Below, in pieces: positions 9,939 through 19,179 of a DNA stretch of 64,000 nt (positions within the stretch are counted from its first letter, which is position 1; every line of letters begins with the position of its first letter). A program made the position numbers and the translations under genes. The notes under the pieces are model-generated. The model saw only the letters and a program-made list of their open reading frames with translations. It was not told the origin of the DNA and did no database searches. Source of the DNA: Capsulimonadaceae bacterium (GTDB lineage Bacteria; Armatimonadota; Armatimonadia; Armatimonadales; Capsulimonadaceae); NCBI GenBank assembly GCA_965215505.1, contig OZ244065.1, positions 4,864,001-4,928,000 of the forward strand. The letters run 5' to 3'.

Positions 9939-12884
9939 ATGGCTGTTTACATTGAACCCGTCAAGTCCGGACCCAAGAAGCTTGATCCGCTCGCCCGGTT
10001 TCGCGGCCCGCAGTGGCGGCACGGACTCTGGCTAGTGGCCCTCCTCCTCTGCGCCCTCGCTTTCGTCTGGGAGTGGATCTGGCTCGATAACCTCCCCACG
10101 GCGCTCACCGAACTCCAGTACGCGGGAAACCAGAACACGGCGCGTCAGGTCATGGACGCCTGGGCGGAGGTCGGCGTCACGCCGGACCGCATCCTGTACG
10201 CCGTCCTGCTGGATATCCCCGGCCTCCTGCTGACCGGGGCCGCCCTGGCCTGGGCCGCCAAGCGCGCCGAGCCGTACTTCCGCGACGGCGCCCACGAGTG
10301 GAAAAACTACGTCATCGGCGGTGCCGTGTTCGCGGCCGGCTGCGGGCTGATCGGCGACCTCACCTTGTGCGTCTTCCTCTCGGACCCCTTAAAGCACCCG
10401 GCGGCCCTCCCGTGGGTCTTCTTCTGGATCACCCTGAAGACGTTCCTGTTCAGCGCCGCCGCCCTCTACGCCGCCTCCGGCTTCGGACAGTCCTGGCGGG
10501 CGGGCGGCTTCCGGGACGCCACGCGCGCCTGCGGCTTCAGCCTCTTCGCCGCCCTGGTCGGGCCGGGGCTGCTGGCGTTCGGGCACCAAGGGACGGCCAT
10601 CTTTGACTCCGTCACCAGTCCCATCCTGTACCGGTCGGCGCTGCTGGCGACCCTCTTCTTCTCCCTGATGTGCTGGGGGGCGGCCCGATATGCCGTCACC
10701 TACAAAGAAAAAGAAAAGGCAAAGATCGGCGGCGCGGGCGACCGGACCCCGAGGGCGGAAAAAGTCTCTTCCTTCTTCCGTTCACTCGTCGTCCCCACGG
10801 AGACGACCGGGCGGAGTGACCCAGGAGCGGGCGGCCGGCAGGCTTACGACCGGAAGAAATACGTCCACGAAGCGGGACGGGAAGAGGAGGGCGCGGCGGC
10901 ATGGAAGAAAGGGTGGGCGGAGGGCGAAGACTGGATTCCCCGCTTCTGCGGCCTCGCCCCCTCGCTTTTAATCATCCTGCTCATCCTGCTCGCCGATCCC
11001 ACCGAGCTTCAGAGCAAAGGCAGCGCCAAAGGCGTGGCCGCCGTCGGCGCTCTGGTGGCGCTGATCCTCTGGATTCATGCGTTCGTCCGCAAAGGCCGTG
11101 CCGGCAGAGCCGGAGTCAAGCGCCTCGCGCTGTTTGATTTCTACTTCTACCGCGCAACCGTCTTCCTCGGGGCCGTGTTTATCCTTTCGGGCTGCTTCGG
11201 CAGCCGGGCTTTGACCTATCTGACACTCGATCTCCTCGGCGGGACCGGACCCCTGGCGGCCTGGTTCTTCAGTTTCTCCCTGCTCGTGCCCGGCTTCACC
11301 TACCTCGTCACGGCGGGCCGGAGATACGGCAAGCCGTTCCTGGCCCTGGTCCTGGCCTACGGGTTCCTGATCAACGCCGCCGACCTCAACGACGACCACG
11401 GTGTGCGCTACAAGGAGCTTCCGTACACGCCGCGAGCGGACGGCAGTACGGCCCCGCCCGACCTGAAGGCGCTCAACCGGGCCTTCGACGACTGGCTCGG
11501 CTCCGACCAGAGAGTGGCGCGCTGGAAGGAGCGTCATGCCGGCCAGCCTTACCCGGTGGTCTTCGTAGCGGCGGCGGGCGGCGGCATCGTCGCCGGCGGC
11601 GTCCTGACCGCGACCATGGCGGAGCTGAGTCGGAACAAGAATACTCCCGGCACCGAGGACCATCTGTTCGCCATCAGCGGCGTCTCCGGCGGCAGCCTCG
11701 GAGCGGTCACTTATGCCTCCCTGCGCGGGATCAATGCCAAAGGCGCCGCCCGCTACGATTTCAGCGCGGACGCCAAGAACGTGCTGACCAGCGACATGCT
11801 CTCGCCGACCGTGGCGGCGCTGTTCGGCCCCGAGATGGTCCAGCGCTTCCTCCCCTTCGCCGTCCCGAACTTCCGGGACCGCAGGGACGGCTACAAGAAC
11901 GGGTTCGCCCTGGACCGGGGGCGCGACCTAGAACTGGCCTTCGAGCAGGCCCTGGACCGGCAGACGCCCGGCGTGGCCTCGGCGCGGGCGGAGTCGATGC
12001 TCTCGGCCTATCCCCGCCCCTGCGAGGCGAGCCACCTGCCTGCACTGTTCCTCAACACCACCTGCGTCGAAACCGGGCAGCGCATGGTCATCTCCACCCT
12101 GCACCCCGACGCGGTTCCGGACGATCTGCGCCGGCTGGACGGCGTACCGGCACCCGGACCGGACGGCGACTGGCCCCTCCCGTTCGAGACGCTCTACGAC
12201 GTGAACCCGCTCGTGGACCTGCCGCTCACCACGGCGGCCTGCCTCTCCGCCCGGTTCCCGGTCGTCTCCCCGCCCGCCTCCCTGCCGCAGTGGCGCAGCC
12301 AGCCGGTCCAGGGCGCGGCCGGCGACTCGCTCTACCCACTGACCGTCAAGCGCCGCTATGTGGACGGCGGCTACTATGAGAACAGCGGCGTCGAGACGGC
12401 CATGGATGTCATTGACGCCCTACAGCGTCAGGATGGGTTGCGGAAGAGGGCGGCCCGGCACCTCGACTGGCGGCCCGTGCTGCTCTCGGTCCATATGAAC
12501 GGCACCGACAGCGCCGGCCAGTTCGCCCGCGACGACCTCTCCGGCGGGGCCGTGGACGGGCTGAAGGGGACTGCCCTCAGCCCGCGCCGCGCCGCCGGAT
12601 TCGATGAGGTCCTCGGCCCGGCGAACGCCTTCTTCAACGGGTGGGGCGGCCCCGCGCGCCCCCAACTGATGCGCGCCCGCCGCCGCCTGCACGCGCCGAA
12701 CGGCAAGAGCGACTTCATCGAGATGCCCTTTCCCCACCCGGTTATCCTGAGCTGGTATCTCTCCAAGGCACAATACGGCACCCTCCAGACGCAGGCCCGA
12801 GTCCTGCTGAACGGCCGCCAGGGCCGCCGCCTGCGCGACATCCTGGCGACCCCGCCGGCGGAAGGACCGGCGGCGCGTCCCTAG
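9939..12884 (+). CDS. Multi-pass membrane protein with C-terminal patatin-like phospholipase domain
   Basis: Many TM helices; AAAGGG, GVSGGSLG (GxSxG), LFLNTT and YVDGGYYENSG motifs; start moved downstream of the secretin stop. Confidence 0.8.
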   Translation: MAVYIEPVKSGPKKLDPLARFRGPQWRHGLWLVALLLCALAFVWEWIWLDNLPTALTELQYAGNQNTARQVMDAWAEVGVTPDRILYAVLLDIPGLLLTGAALAWAAKRAEPYFRDGAHEWKNYVIGGAVFAAGCGLIGDLTLCVFLSDPLKHPAALPWVFFWITLKTFLFSAAALYAASGFGQSWRAGGFRDATRACGFSLFAALVGPGLLAFGHQGTAIFDSVTSPILYRSALLATLFFSLMCWGAARYAVTYKEKEKAKIGGAGDRTPRAEKVSSFFRSLVVPTETTGRSDPGAGGRQAYDRKKYVHEAGREEEGAAAWKKGWAEGEDWIPRFCGLAPSLLIILLILLADPTELQSKGSAKGVAAVGALVALILWIHAFVRKGRAGRAGVKRLALFDFYFYRATVFLGAVFILSGCFGSRALTYLTLDLLGGTGPLAAWFFSFSLLVPGFTYLVTAGRRYGKPFLALVLAYGFLINAADLNDDHGVRYKELPYTPRADGSTAPPDLKALNRAFDDWLGSDQRVARWKERHAGQPYPVVFVAAAGGGIVAGGVLTATMAELSRNKNTPGTEDHLFAISGVSGGSLGAVTYASLRGINAKGAARYDFSADAKNVLTSDMLSPTVAALFGPEMVQRFLPFAVPNFRDRRDGYKNGFALDRGRDLELAFEQALDRQTPGVASARAESMLSAYPRPCEASHLPALFLNTTCVETGQRMVISTLHPDAVPDDLRRLDGVPAPGPDGDWPLPFETLYDVNPLVDLPLTTAACLSARFPVVSPPASLPQWRSQPVQGAAGDSLYPLTVKRRYVDGGYYENSGVETAMDVIDALQRQDGLRKRAARHLDWRPVLLSVHMNGTDSAGQFARDDLSGGAVDGLKGTALSPRRAAGFDEVLGPANAFFNGWGGPARPQLMRARRRLHAPNGKSDFIEMPFPHPVILSWYLSKAQYGTLQTQARVLLNGRQGRRLRDILATPPAEGPAARP

Positions 12885-12909
12885 CGGGACATGGCCCCCG
12901 GCGGGGGCC

Positions 12910-12939
12910 TTGACAGCCCCCGCCCCCGCGCGCTATAAT
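12910..12939 (+). promoter_or_regulatory. Consensus sigma70 promoter upstream of the TrmH leader
   Basis: TTGACA (12910-15), 18 nt, TATAAT (12934-39). Confidence 0.8.
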
Positions 12940-13059
12940 CACCCCATCTTCCGAGGCCGCGACCGCCTCCGCCTTGGCCGCAGAAAGGAGTGCCCACCCG
13001 TCCCGCGCCGATTACCTCGACACGCTTCATCCCCGCACTGACCCGTCCGCACGACTCGC

Positions 13060-13102
13060 GCCGACCCTTGCCTCCTGTGGCGACCGGGCCGGCTTTTTGT
13101 TT
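13060..13102 (+). terminator. Intrinsic terminator/attenuator hairpin inside the 5' leader of the TrmH gene
   Basis: GCCGACCC-TTGCC-loop-GGCGA-CC-GGGCCGGC followed by TTTTTGTTT. Confidence 0.6.
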
Positions 13103-13162
13103 GACTCCCTCCGGCGGGGCCGCTGACGCCCCAGGGGCGCTGAGACCGCCCTACCACTCCCC

Positions 13163-14002
13163 ATGACCACTGTTATTTCCCCGCTCGCGCCGCGCGTCAA
13201 GACCTGGGAGGACGCCCGGCTCCAGTCCGTCCGCGCCCTCGGCAGACGGTCCGAGCGCGACCGCACACAGACGTTTTTCGCCGAGGGCCTGCGCTCCGTC
13301 GGCCAGGCCGTGGCCCAGGACGCGCAGATCGAGGCCGTCCAGGTCGTCCCCAAGACCCTGGATCACCCGTTCGGGCTGCGCCTGTGGAGGCAGCTAGAGC
13401 GGAAGGGCGTTCCCATCTGGGAGGTCACGCCCGAGCTTTTCCTGCGCCTGTCCCGCGCCGAGGAAGCCCAGTGGATCGGGGCCGTCGTCCGCCAGAGGTG
13501 GGACACGCCGGAGCGCGCGGCGGCCTCAACGGGCCTATGCTGGGTCGCCCCCGACGAGGTCCATTCGCCCGGCAACCTGGGGACGATCCTGCGGACGGGC
13601 GACGCCGTGGGCGCATCGGGACTGATCCTGATCGGCGACGCCGTGGACCCCTACGATCCCGCCTGCGTCCGCGCGACGATGGGGGCGATCTTCGCCCAGC
13701 GTCTCGTCCGCGTCTCGCCGCGTGACTTCGCCGCCTGGAAGCGGCGGGCCGGATTTCACCTGGTGGGCACGTCCCCCCACGCCGCCCTCGACTATCAGGC
13801 CGTTTCCTATCCGGCCGGGACCGTCCTGCTGATGGGCGGCGAGCGGAAAGGGCTGTCGGAGGACCGGCAGCGGCTGTGCGACGATCTGGTCCGCCTCCCG
13901 ATGGTCGGGCAGAGCGACTCGCTCAACCTCGCCGTCGCGACCGGCGTCCTCTTGTACGAGGTCTTCAGCCGGCGGCGCGGCAATGGCGGGCAGAGTGGGT
14001 AA
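13163..14002 (+). CDS. TrmH/SpoU family (SPOUT) RNA 2'-O-methyltransferase
   Basis: SPGNLGTILRT, RATMGA, LMGGERKGLS and SLNLAVA motifs; N-terminal FAEG substrate-binding domain. Confidence 0.92.
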   Translation: MTTVISPLAPRVKTWEDARLQSVRALGRRSERDRTQTFFAEGLRSVGQAVAQDAQIEAVQVVPKTLDHPFGLRLWRQLERKGVPIWEVTPELFLRLSRAEEAQWIGAVVRQRWDTPERAAASTGLCWVAPDEVHSPGNLGTILRTGDAVGASGLILIGDAVDPYDPACVRATMGAIFAQRLVRVSPRDFAAWKRRAGFHLVGTSPHAALDYQAVSYPAGTVLLMGGERKGLSEDRQRLCDDLVRLPMVGQSDSLNLAVATGVLLYEVFSRRRGNGGQSG

Positions 14003-14039
14003 GAGGGGGTGAGAATTTAACACAGGAGGGCCACGCCCC

Positions 14040-14354
14040 ATGCCGGCAGACGCGGAAACACGGGAAAGGATCGAGGAGATCCTGACCGACACCTATGACG
14101 AGTACGAACAACTGAGCGCCTGGGAAGTGGCGTTCCAGGATGAGGTCCAGACGCCCTTCCCCGCCACCCTCTCCGGCACCGCCGTCGAGGTACAGGGGTT
14201 CCAGGCCGAGGATGAAGGCACCCTGCAATGTCTGGTCGTCGGCCAGGGAAAAAAGCGCTGGATCGGCATCGAAGACCTGGACCCGAAGGGGCTGCCGGAC
14301 GACTTCGCGGACATCCTCGGCCTGTACCAGATCTGGCTATCCCAGGACTATTGA
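14040..14354 (+). CDS. Small acidic protein, CcbP calcium-binding family-like
   Basis: RIEEILTDTYDEYEQLSAW...FPAT pattern; RBS AGGAGG. Confidence 0.6.
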   Translation: MPADAETRERIEEILTDTYDEYEQLSAWEVAFQDEVQTPFPATLSGTAVEVQGFQAEDEGTLQCLVVGQGKKRWIGIEDLDPKGLPDDFADILGLYQIWLSQDY

Positions 14355-14390
14355 GCGAAAACGCGCCGGTGCCTCAGTTCACACGCGGGG

Positions 14391-14433
14391 TGTGTCCTTT
14401 GTCACACAAGGCGGCCCCTCTACGGCGTATACT
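14391..14433 (+). promoter_or_regulatory. CRP/FNR-like site with a -10 element (class II geometry)
   Basis: TGTGT-N6-TCACA (14391-14406); TATACT 14428-33. Confidence 0.5.
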
Positions 14434-14516
14434 AGGGACAACCGGGCGCGCAGCGCCACCCGACAGCGGGCCGCCCGGAATCCCAAGTCTCGTTCACGCC
14501 CAAGTGGAGGATTTTT

Positions 14517-14867
14517 ATGGCACTACAGTTGACTCTGGAGCGGATCGCTTTCAACAACGACACCGATGCATCCGGCCTGTGGCAATATGAGGGCGGCAGG
14601 GCGCTCGACCAGGAAAAACGGCACGTCGCCGACTACGCCGTCACCCGGCGCGTCGCCAAAGGCGGCACCGACGACCAGAACACCGCCATGCTGACGATGA
14701 CGCTGTTCTTCCTCGGCAAAAATCCGCCCGAGAACGTCACCGTGCAGGGATCGCACGACTTCAACTCCGGCGGCGAAACCGGCAGTGCCAGTGCCGCATC
14801 CCCCGCCTTCGCCGCCCACATCGGCAAGCCGTTCACCCGCACCGGCAATACCGTCACCATCGGCTGA
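14517..14867 (+). CDS. Hypothetical beta-rich protein
   Basis: RBS GGAGG; host-like codon usage; no recognised motif. Confidence 0.75.
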   Translation: MALQLTLERIAFNNDTDASGLWQYEGGRALDQEKRHVADYAVTRRVAKGGTDDQNTAMLTMTLFFLGKNPPENVTVQGSHDFNSGGETGSASAASPAFAAHIGKPFTRTGNTVTIG

Positions 14868-16158
14868 CCAGCGCGCGCGTCCCGCCGTCGGCGTCCCAGC
14901 GGCACTCCGCCGCCATCCACGGTGGTAGAGGCCCGAGTGACAGAAGCAACTCAACTACGCTGCCCCGGCAGAGCGCACAGCGCCCGCGCTCGTAAAGTGC
15001 CAGCAGCGTTGGCACGGCTTCGGGTGATGCGTTCACTTTGATGAGTTCGCGGGCTAGTATGCCGAGTGAATGAAAGTCATCGGCGGGCATGTCCGGGTTG
15101 ACCAGCCGTTCGACCCGCGCGTAGTCGCCCGGCGCGAAGTTGTTCCGCAGCAGATGGAACGCCACTGAGGGCGGCTCCTCGGCCTCCATCAGTTCCAGCG
15201 CAAGGGTGCGGACGCGCGGGTCGGTCAGGTTGCCCAAAAGCCAGCGTGATGCCTCGGCCACTTCCTCGTCACGCGCCCGTGCCAGGCTCAGAAGCCGGTC
15301 AATCGGGAGCGGGAAAGGCCGATCGCGGAACATGTGCAGTCGCTTAATCAGTGGCACACGGTCGGTTTCCGCCAGCAGGTCCTGCGCCAGCCTCGCCAGC
15401 GTGTCACCGTCCAGACGCCTGGCCCAGCTCCGCCACTTCGGCCAGCGCGTCGTCTGCTTCGGGTCGGCAATCCGTTCCACTATCTCGTCGTAGGTCGGAA
15501 CGGCGAGGGGCCTGCGGCTGTCGCGCCATTCATGCCACTGCACCCGCTTCTGCTCCACCCCGGTCAGGTAGTCCGCGAGTTCCGGCCTCCCCTCAGCCGC
15601 CCGTCCGAGCGCCTGCCGCGCTCCTTCCCGCCCGATCTGCTTCTCCAACTTCTCCAGCAGCCATGCCTCCTGCCAGTGTTCTTCCTCCGGCAGCAAATGC
15701 CTCTGCCACTGCTCCGCGACGAACAGATTGCCGGCGAGGCCGTCCAGTGCGACGAGGTCCTCCGCGCCGGTCGTGTCCTGATGGACCGCGTTCCGCGCGA
15801 AGCGGTCGCACATCACGCTCCGCGCTTCTCCGCCGCTATTCCGAGCGAACCGCGCGGCCAGCTCATAAAGCTGGCCGTAGCTGTAGCCCTCACCGTCCGT
15901 GCCCAGCGCCGCGCGGATGTGGGCGGCGTAAGACTCCGGCTCGCCCGTAGCCTCCACTATGTCCAGCAGGTACTCAGTCCTGTAGCCTTCAGCCTGCCCG
16001 TCGAATGTGCGGTCATACAAACACGAGTCGAGGATGGCCTCCCGGAAGGGCGCGGCGTCGTTCCCGCGCAGGAAGAGGACCACCCGGCCGAAGCCGCAGG
16101 CCAGCTTGTCCAGGAACGTCTTGGCATCAATCGGCATGTGTGTGAAGTCTGTCGGCAA
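14854..16158 (-). CDS. Hypothetical alpha-helical (HEAT-like) protein
   Basis: 434-aa ORF co-oriented with the upstream kinase-like gene; helical repeat character; C-terminal CALCR. Confidence 0.7.
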   Translation of the reverse strand: MPTDFTHMPIDAKTFLDKLACGFGRVVLFLRGNDAAPFREAILDSCLYDRTFDGQAEGYRTEYLLDIVEATGEPESYAAHIRAALGTDGEGYSYGQLYELAARFARNSGGEARSVMCDRFARNAVHQDTTGAEDLVALDGLAGNLFVAEQWQRHLLPEEEHWQEAWLLEKLEKQIGREGARQALGRAAEGRPELADYLTGVEQKRVQWHEWRDSRRPLAVPTYDEIVERIADPKQTTRWPKWRSWARRLDGDTLARLAQDLLAETDRVPLIKRLHMFRDRPFPLPIDRLLSLARARDEEVAEASRWLLGNLTDPRVRTLALELMEAEEPPSVAFHLLRNNFAPGDYARVERLVNPDMPADDFHSLGILARELIKVNASPEAVPTLLALYERGRCALCRGSVVELLLSLGPLPPWMAAECRWDADGGTRALVSRW

Positions 16159-16170
16159 CCGGCGGCCCCT

Positions 16171-17367
16171 TCAGCGGAACGGCGGATAAAGCGGCATGTC
16201 TTCCCCGTCGGCCCACAGTCCGCGCAGCTTCGCTTCCAGGGCGCGGGCGGTCGCGGCGAGTGCGGGCAGGACATGGTACTGCTCGCTGACCTCCGCGAAG
16301 TTCGCCAGACGCAACGGGGGCCGCTGCCGCTCCGTCGAGAGGCCCCACGGACTGTCCTCTTTCAGTGCCTCCTCCAGACTCCAACTGACCGAGGCGATGG
16401 CCCAATAGGCATTCGCATGGACCAGGGCCGGGAAGAAGAGCGCGTCGTCGCCCGCTTCGGGGCAGCCCCGGACGAGTTCCGCCCGGTACGTCTCTTCCAG
16501 GCGCGGCGGCAGGTCGGGCGGCAGGCGGTTGACGCACCAGCAGGTCGGGAACGGCAGGCGCAGGTAGGCCGCGTCCAGGAGCGCGTGGCGGAAATCGCTG
16601 AACTCGAAATCAAAGAAGCACAGGGCATCCTCGGCCACGAATCGGTGGTTGTCCGGGCAGGTGTCGCCGGGACTGAAGGCGAGGAACGGCCCCGGCGCGT
16701 ATATCGCAGCCTGTACCTGCGCGGCCTCGGCCTCGAACCCGGCGGCGAGGGGGACCCCCAGCGCCTCGCACTGCGCCCGGAACGGGGCGACGTTCTCCCG
16801 CAGCCAGCGGACGCCCTCCCGTTCCCGCTCCTGCCCGGCGGCCCCGAACGAGTTCCTGCGACGCATCCACTCCGCCTCGCGGCCCATCGTCGCCGTGTGC
16901 AAACGGCCCAGCGAACGGGCATAGGCGAACAGGCCCGCCTCCAGGGCTGCCCGGTCCGTCCCCTGCATCCGGTCAGCCAGACAGCCGCCCGCACCGAGGT
17001 CTTCGGTGATGACAAGCCCGGCCTCCCGGCTGGCGGCATAGAAGCGCGCGCCGAGGGCGGGGACCACCTTTAGGCTCCCGACCAGCTCCGCCCCGGCCCA
17101 CTCGTTGTAGAAGCGCTCGGCCGGGCTTTCGGAGTCGTCACCAGTCGGGTCAAAGGCTTCCTCGCCCTTGCCGACGGAAGCCTTGACGATGACGCTCCCA
17201 GGGGAGCCGCTCGGAGCCTCCCCGACCGGGCAGCGCAGGACGCGGTTGCGGCCCTTCTCGCGCAGGACTTCCGCGTCGCCGAGCCGGACCGGGCCGCCCC
17301 AGGCGTGTGCTAGGGCGGCGGCCGCCGCCGCCACGAACTTAACGACTTCCGCCTCATTGCTGCTCAT
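16171..17367 (-). CDS. Aminoglycoside phosphotransferase/choline kinase-like fold protein
   Basis: VIVKA, ITEDLG, PGDTCPDN (Brenner-like) and FFDFE; RBS GAGGAG before ATG 17367. Confidence 0.78.
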   Translation of the reverse strand: MSSNEAEVVKFVAAAAAALAHAWGGPVRLGDAEVLREKGRNRVLRCPVGEAPSGSPGSVIVKASVGKGEEAFDPTGDDSESPAERFYNEWAGAELVGSLKVVPALGARFYAASREAGLVITEDLGAGGCLADRMQGTDRAALEAGLFAYARSLGRLHTATMGREAEWMRRRNSFGAAGQEREREGVRWLRENVAPFRAQCEALGVPLAAGFEAEAAQVQAAIYAPGPFLAFSPGDTCPDNHRFVAEDALCFFDFEFSDFRHALLDAAYLRLPFPTCWCVNRLPPDLPPRLEETYRAELVRGCPEAGDDALFFPALVHANAYWAIASVSWSLEEALKEDSPWGLSTERQRPPLRLANFAEVSEQYHVLPALAATARALEAKLRGLWADGEDMPLYPPFR

Positions 17368-17487
17368 GTGTTCTCCTCTTCGGGCGCATTGCATCACACC
17401 CTGATATCGCCCACATGACGCCTGTTACTAAAGTGCCCTGCCGATTCCTTCTTGACACCCTCCCTTAAACCTGTTACACTACCTGGA

Positions 17488-17991
17488 ATGACCCTCCGAG
17501 AAGCCACGCCCGACGACGCGGAAGAACTGGTCGCCTACATCCACCGCCTCGACGATGAACCGGACAGCATGCTGCCGCGCGCCCCCGGCGAGTTCCTGAT
17601 GACGCCCGAGCAGGAGCGGGCACTGCTGGCGGAGTACGCCGCCTCGGACAACGCGGTCTACCTCGTCGCCGAGGCGGAGGGCCAACTGATCGCCAGCCTG
17701 AGCTGCACCGGCGGCAAGCGCCGGGCCACCCGCCACAACGCCGCCTTCGGCATGTCCGTCGCGCAAGAGTGGCGGAACAAAGGGGTGGGAACTGCCTTGC
17801 TGGGCCGCCTCGTCGAGTGGGCCGAGGGCACCGGCGTCATTCGCCGCCTTGAGCTGGAAGTCTACGCCCACAACGAACCCGCCCTCCACCTTTACCGCAA
17901 GTTCGGCTTTGTCGAGGAGGGCCAGCGCCAGCGGGCGTACTTCCAGCACGGGCGCTTCATTGACGGCATCCTCATGGCGCGGCTGTTCTAG
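17488..17991 (+). CDS. GNAT family N-acetyltransferase, probably leaderless
   Basis: SVAQEWRNKGVGTALL and NEPALHLYRKFGF; TTGACA-17-TACACT ends 7 nt before the ATG. Confidence 0.9.
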   Translation: MTLREATPDDAEELVAYIHRLDDEPDSMLPRAPGEFLMTPEQERALLAEYAASDNAVYLVAEAEGQLIASLSCTGGKRRATRHNAAFGMSVAQEWRNKGVGTALLGRLVEWAEGTGVIRRLELEVYAHNEPALHLYRKFGFVEEGQRQRAYFQHGRFIDGILMARLF

Positions 17992-18036
17992 CCACTTCTT
18001 GACAAACCCCCCGCCGCCCCGCCATACTGAAAGGGT

Positions 18037-18804
18037 ATGCTCACCGCGACATTCATCCATGCCCCCGGCGTCGGCCCCGTCACCGAACAGGCCCTGTGGG
18101 CGCAGGGCGTGGCCTCGTGGGAGGATTATCTGGAACGGGCCGAGGCCCTGAAGATCGCCCCGCGCCACAAGGGAGTCCTGCGCGGGACGGTGGAAGACAG
18201 CGTCGCCGCCCTGGAGGAAGGGCGGACGGACTACTTCGCGCGCAACCTGCCCGGCCGCGAACACTGGCGGGCGGTCTCGCACTTCCCCAAGATCGGGTAT
18301 CTGGACATCGAGACGAACGGCGGCCTCAGCGCCGACTCGATCACGGTGATCGGGCTGTATGACGGCGACGAGACGCACTTCTATGTCAAGGGCGAGAACC
18401 TGGCGCAGTTCGCCTATGAGGCGCAGGACTATGACGGCTTCGTGACCTTCTTCGGCACCGGCTTCGACGTACCGTTCCTCAAGCGCCGCTTCCCCGTGCT
18501 GGAATCCGTCTTCGCGGATCGTTTTCATGTGGACCTGTGCCCGCTGCTCAAGCGGCTGGGCCATACCGGCGGGTTGAAGCGCATCGAGTCGGCCCTCCGC
18601 ATCGCCCGGACGCCCGAGACGGACGGCCTGGGCGGCATGGACGCCGTCCGCCTGTGGCGGGCCTGGCGGCGGGGCGGGCGGGATGCCGAGGAAGCCCGCC
18701 GCCTGCTGCTTCTGTACAACCAGGAGGACGTCGTCAACATGCAGGCGCTGCTCCGGTACGCCCTGCCGCGTTTGCAAGCGCGGGCCGGGTATACTGGCGT
18801 ATAA
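18037..18804 (+). CDS. YprB-like RNase H-fold (DEDD) exonuclease
   Basis: YLDIETNG, FDVPFL, HVDL and YNQEDV; N-terminal PGVGPVTE HhH-like motif. Confidence 0.85.
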   Translation: MLTATFIHAPGVGPVTEQALWAQGVASWEDYLERAEALKIAPRHKGVLRGTVEDSVAALEEGRTDYFARNLPGREHWRAVSHFPKIGYLDIETNGGLSADSITVIGLYDGDETHFYVKGENLAQFAYEAQDYDGFVTFFGTGFDVPFLKRRFPVLESVFADRFHVDLCPLLKRLGHTGGLKRIESALRIARTPETDGLGGMDAVRLWRAWRRGGRDAEEARRLLLLYNQEDVVNMQALLRYALPRLQARAGYTGV

Positions 18805-18842
18805 TCCAAGGATCAAATCAAGTTCGGAAGGAGACTCTTCTT

Positions 18843-19109
18843 ATGGCAGAGCAGGAGACAGGCGGCGGCACGGGGAAACCCAGTCTGACCGAAGAAGTGC
18901 AGGCGCAGCCGGAAACGACGAACGAAGCCGGGACCGAAATGCCGGCCCTGAACCGCGCCGAGCGGCGCGCGCAGGCGAAGGGCAAGAAGACGGGCGGCGG
19001 GGCGGCTACGGGCCTGCCCGCGTCCGGCGGGCTGCGCGGGCCGAACCCGCGCACGACCGGCGCGGCCACCCCGGTCCGCGTCAACCGGACCGGCAGCCGG
19101 TCCAAATAA
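18843..19109 (+). CDS. Small disordered protein with an NRAERRA basic motif
   Basis: RBS AAGGAG; 88 aa, acidic N-half and basic C-half; followed by a terminator hairpin. Confidence 0.65.
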   Translation: MAEQETGGGTGKPSLTEEVQAQPETTNEAGTEMPALNRAERRAQAKGKKTGGGAATGLPASGGLRGPNPRTTGAATPVRVNRTGSRSK

Positions 19110-19122
19110 CCGCGCGATCACG

Positions 19123-19158
19123 AAAACGCCGAACCGTTTTGACCCGGTTCGGCGTTTT
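19123..19158 (+). terminator. Intrinsic terminator (possibly bidirectional)
   Basis: aaaacgccgaaccg-loop-cggttcggcgtttt. Confidence 0.75.
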
Positions 19159-19179
19159 GAGTGTGAAAGGAGATCTTCC

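Noticed and set aside
15334-17073. 579-aa plus-strand ORF
   Set aside because: Shadow of two motif-bearing minus-strand genes
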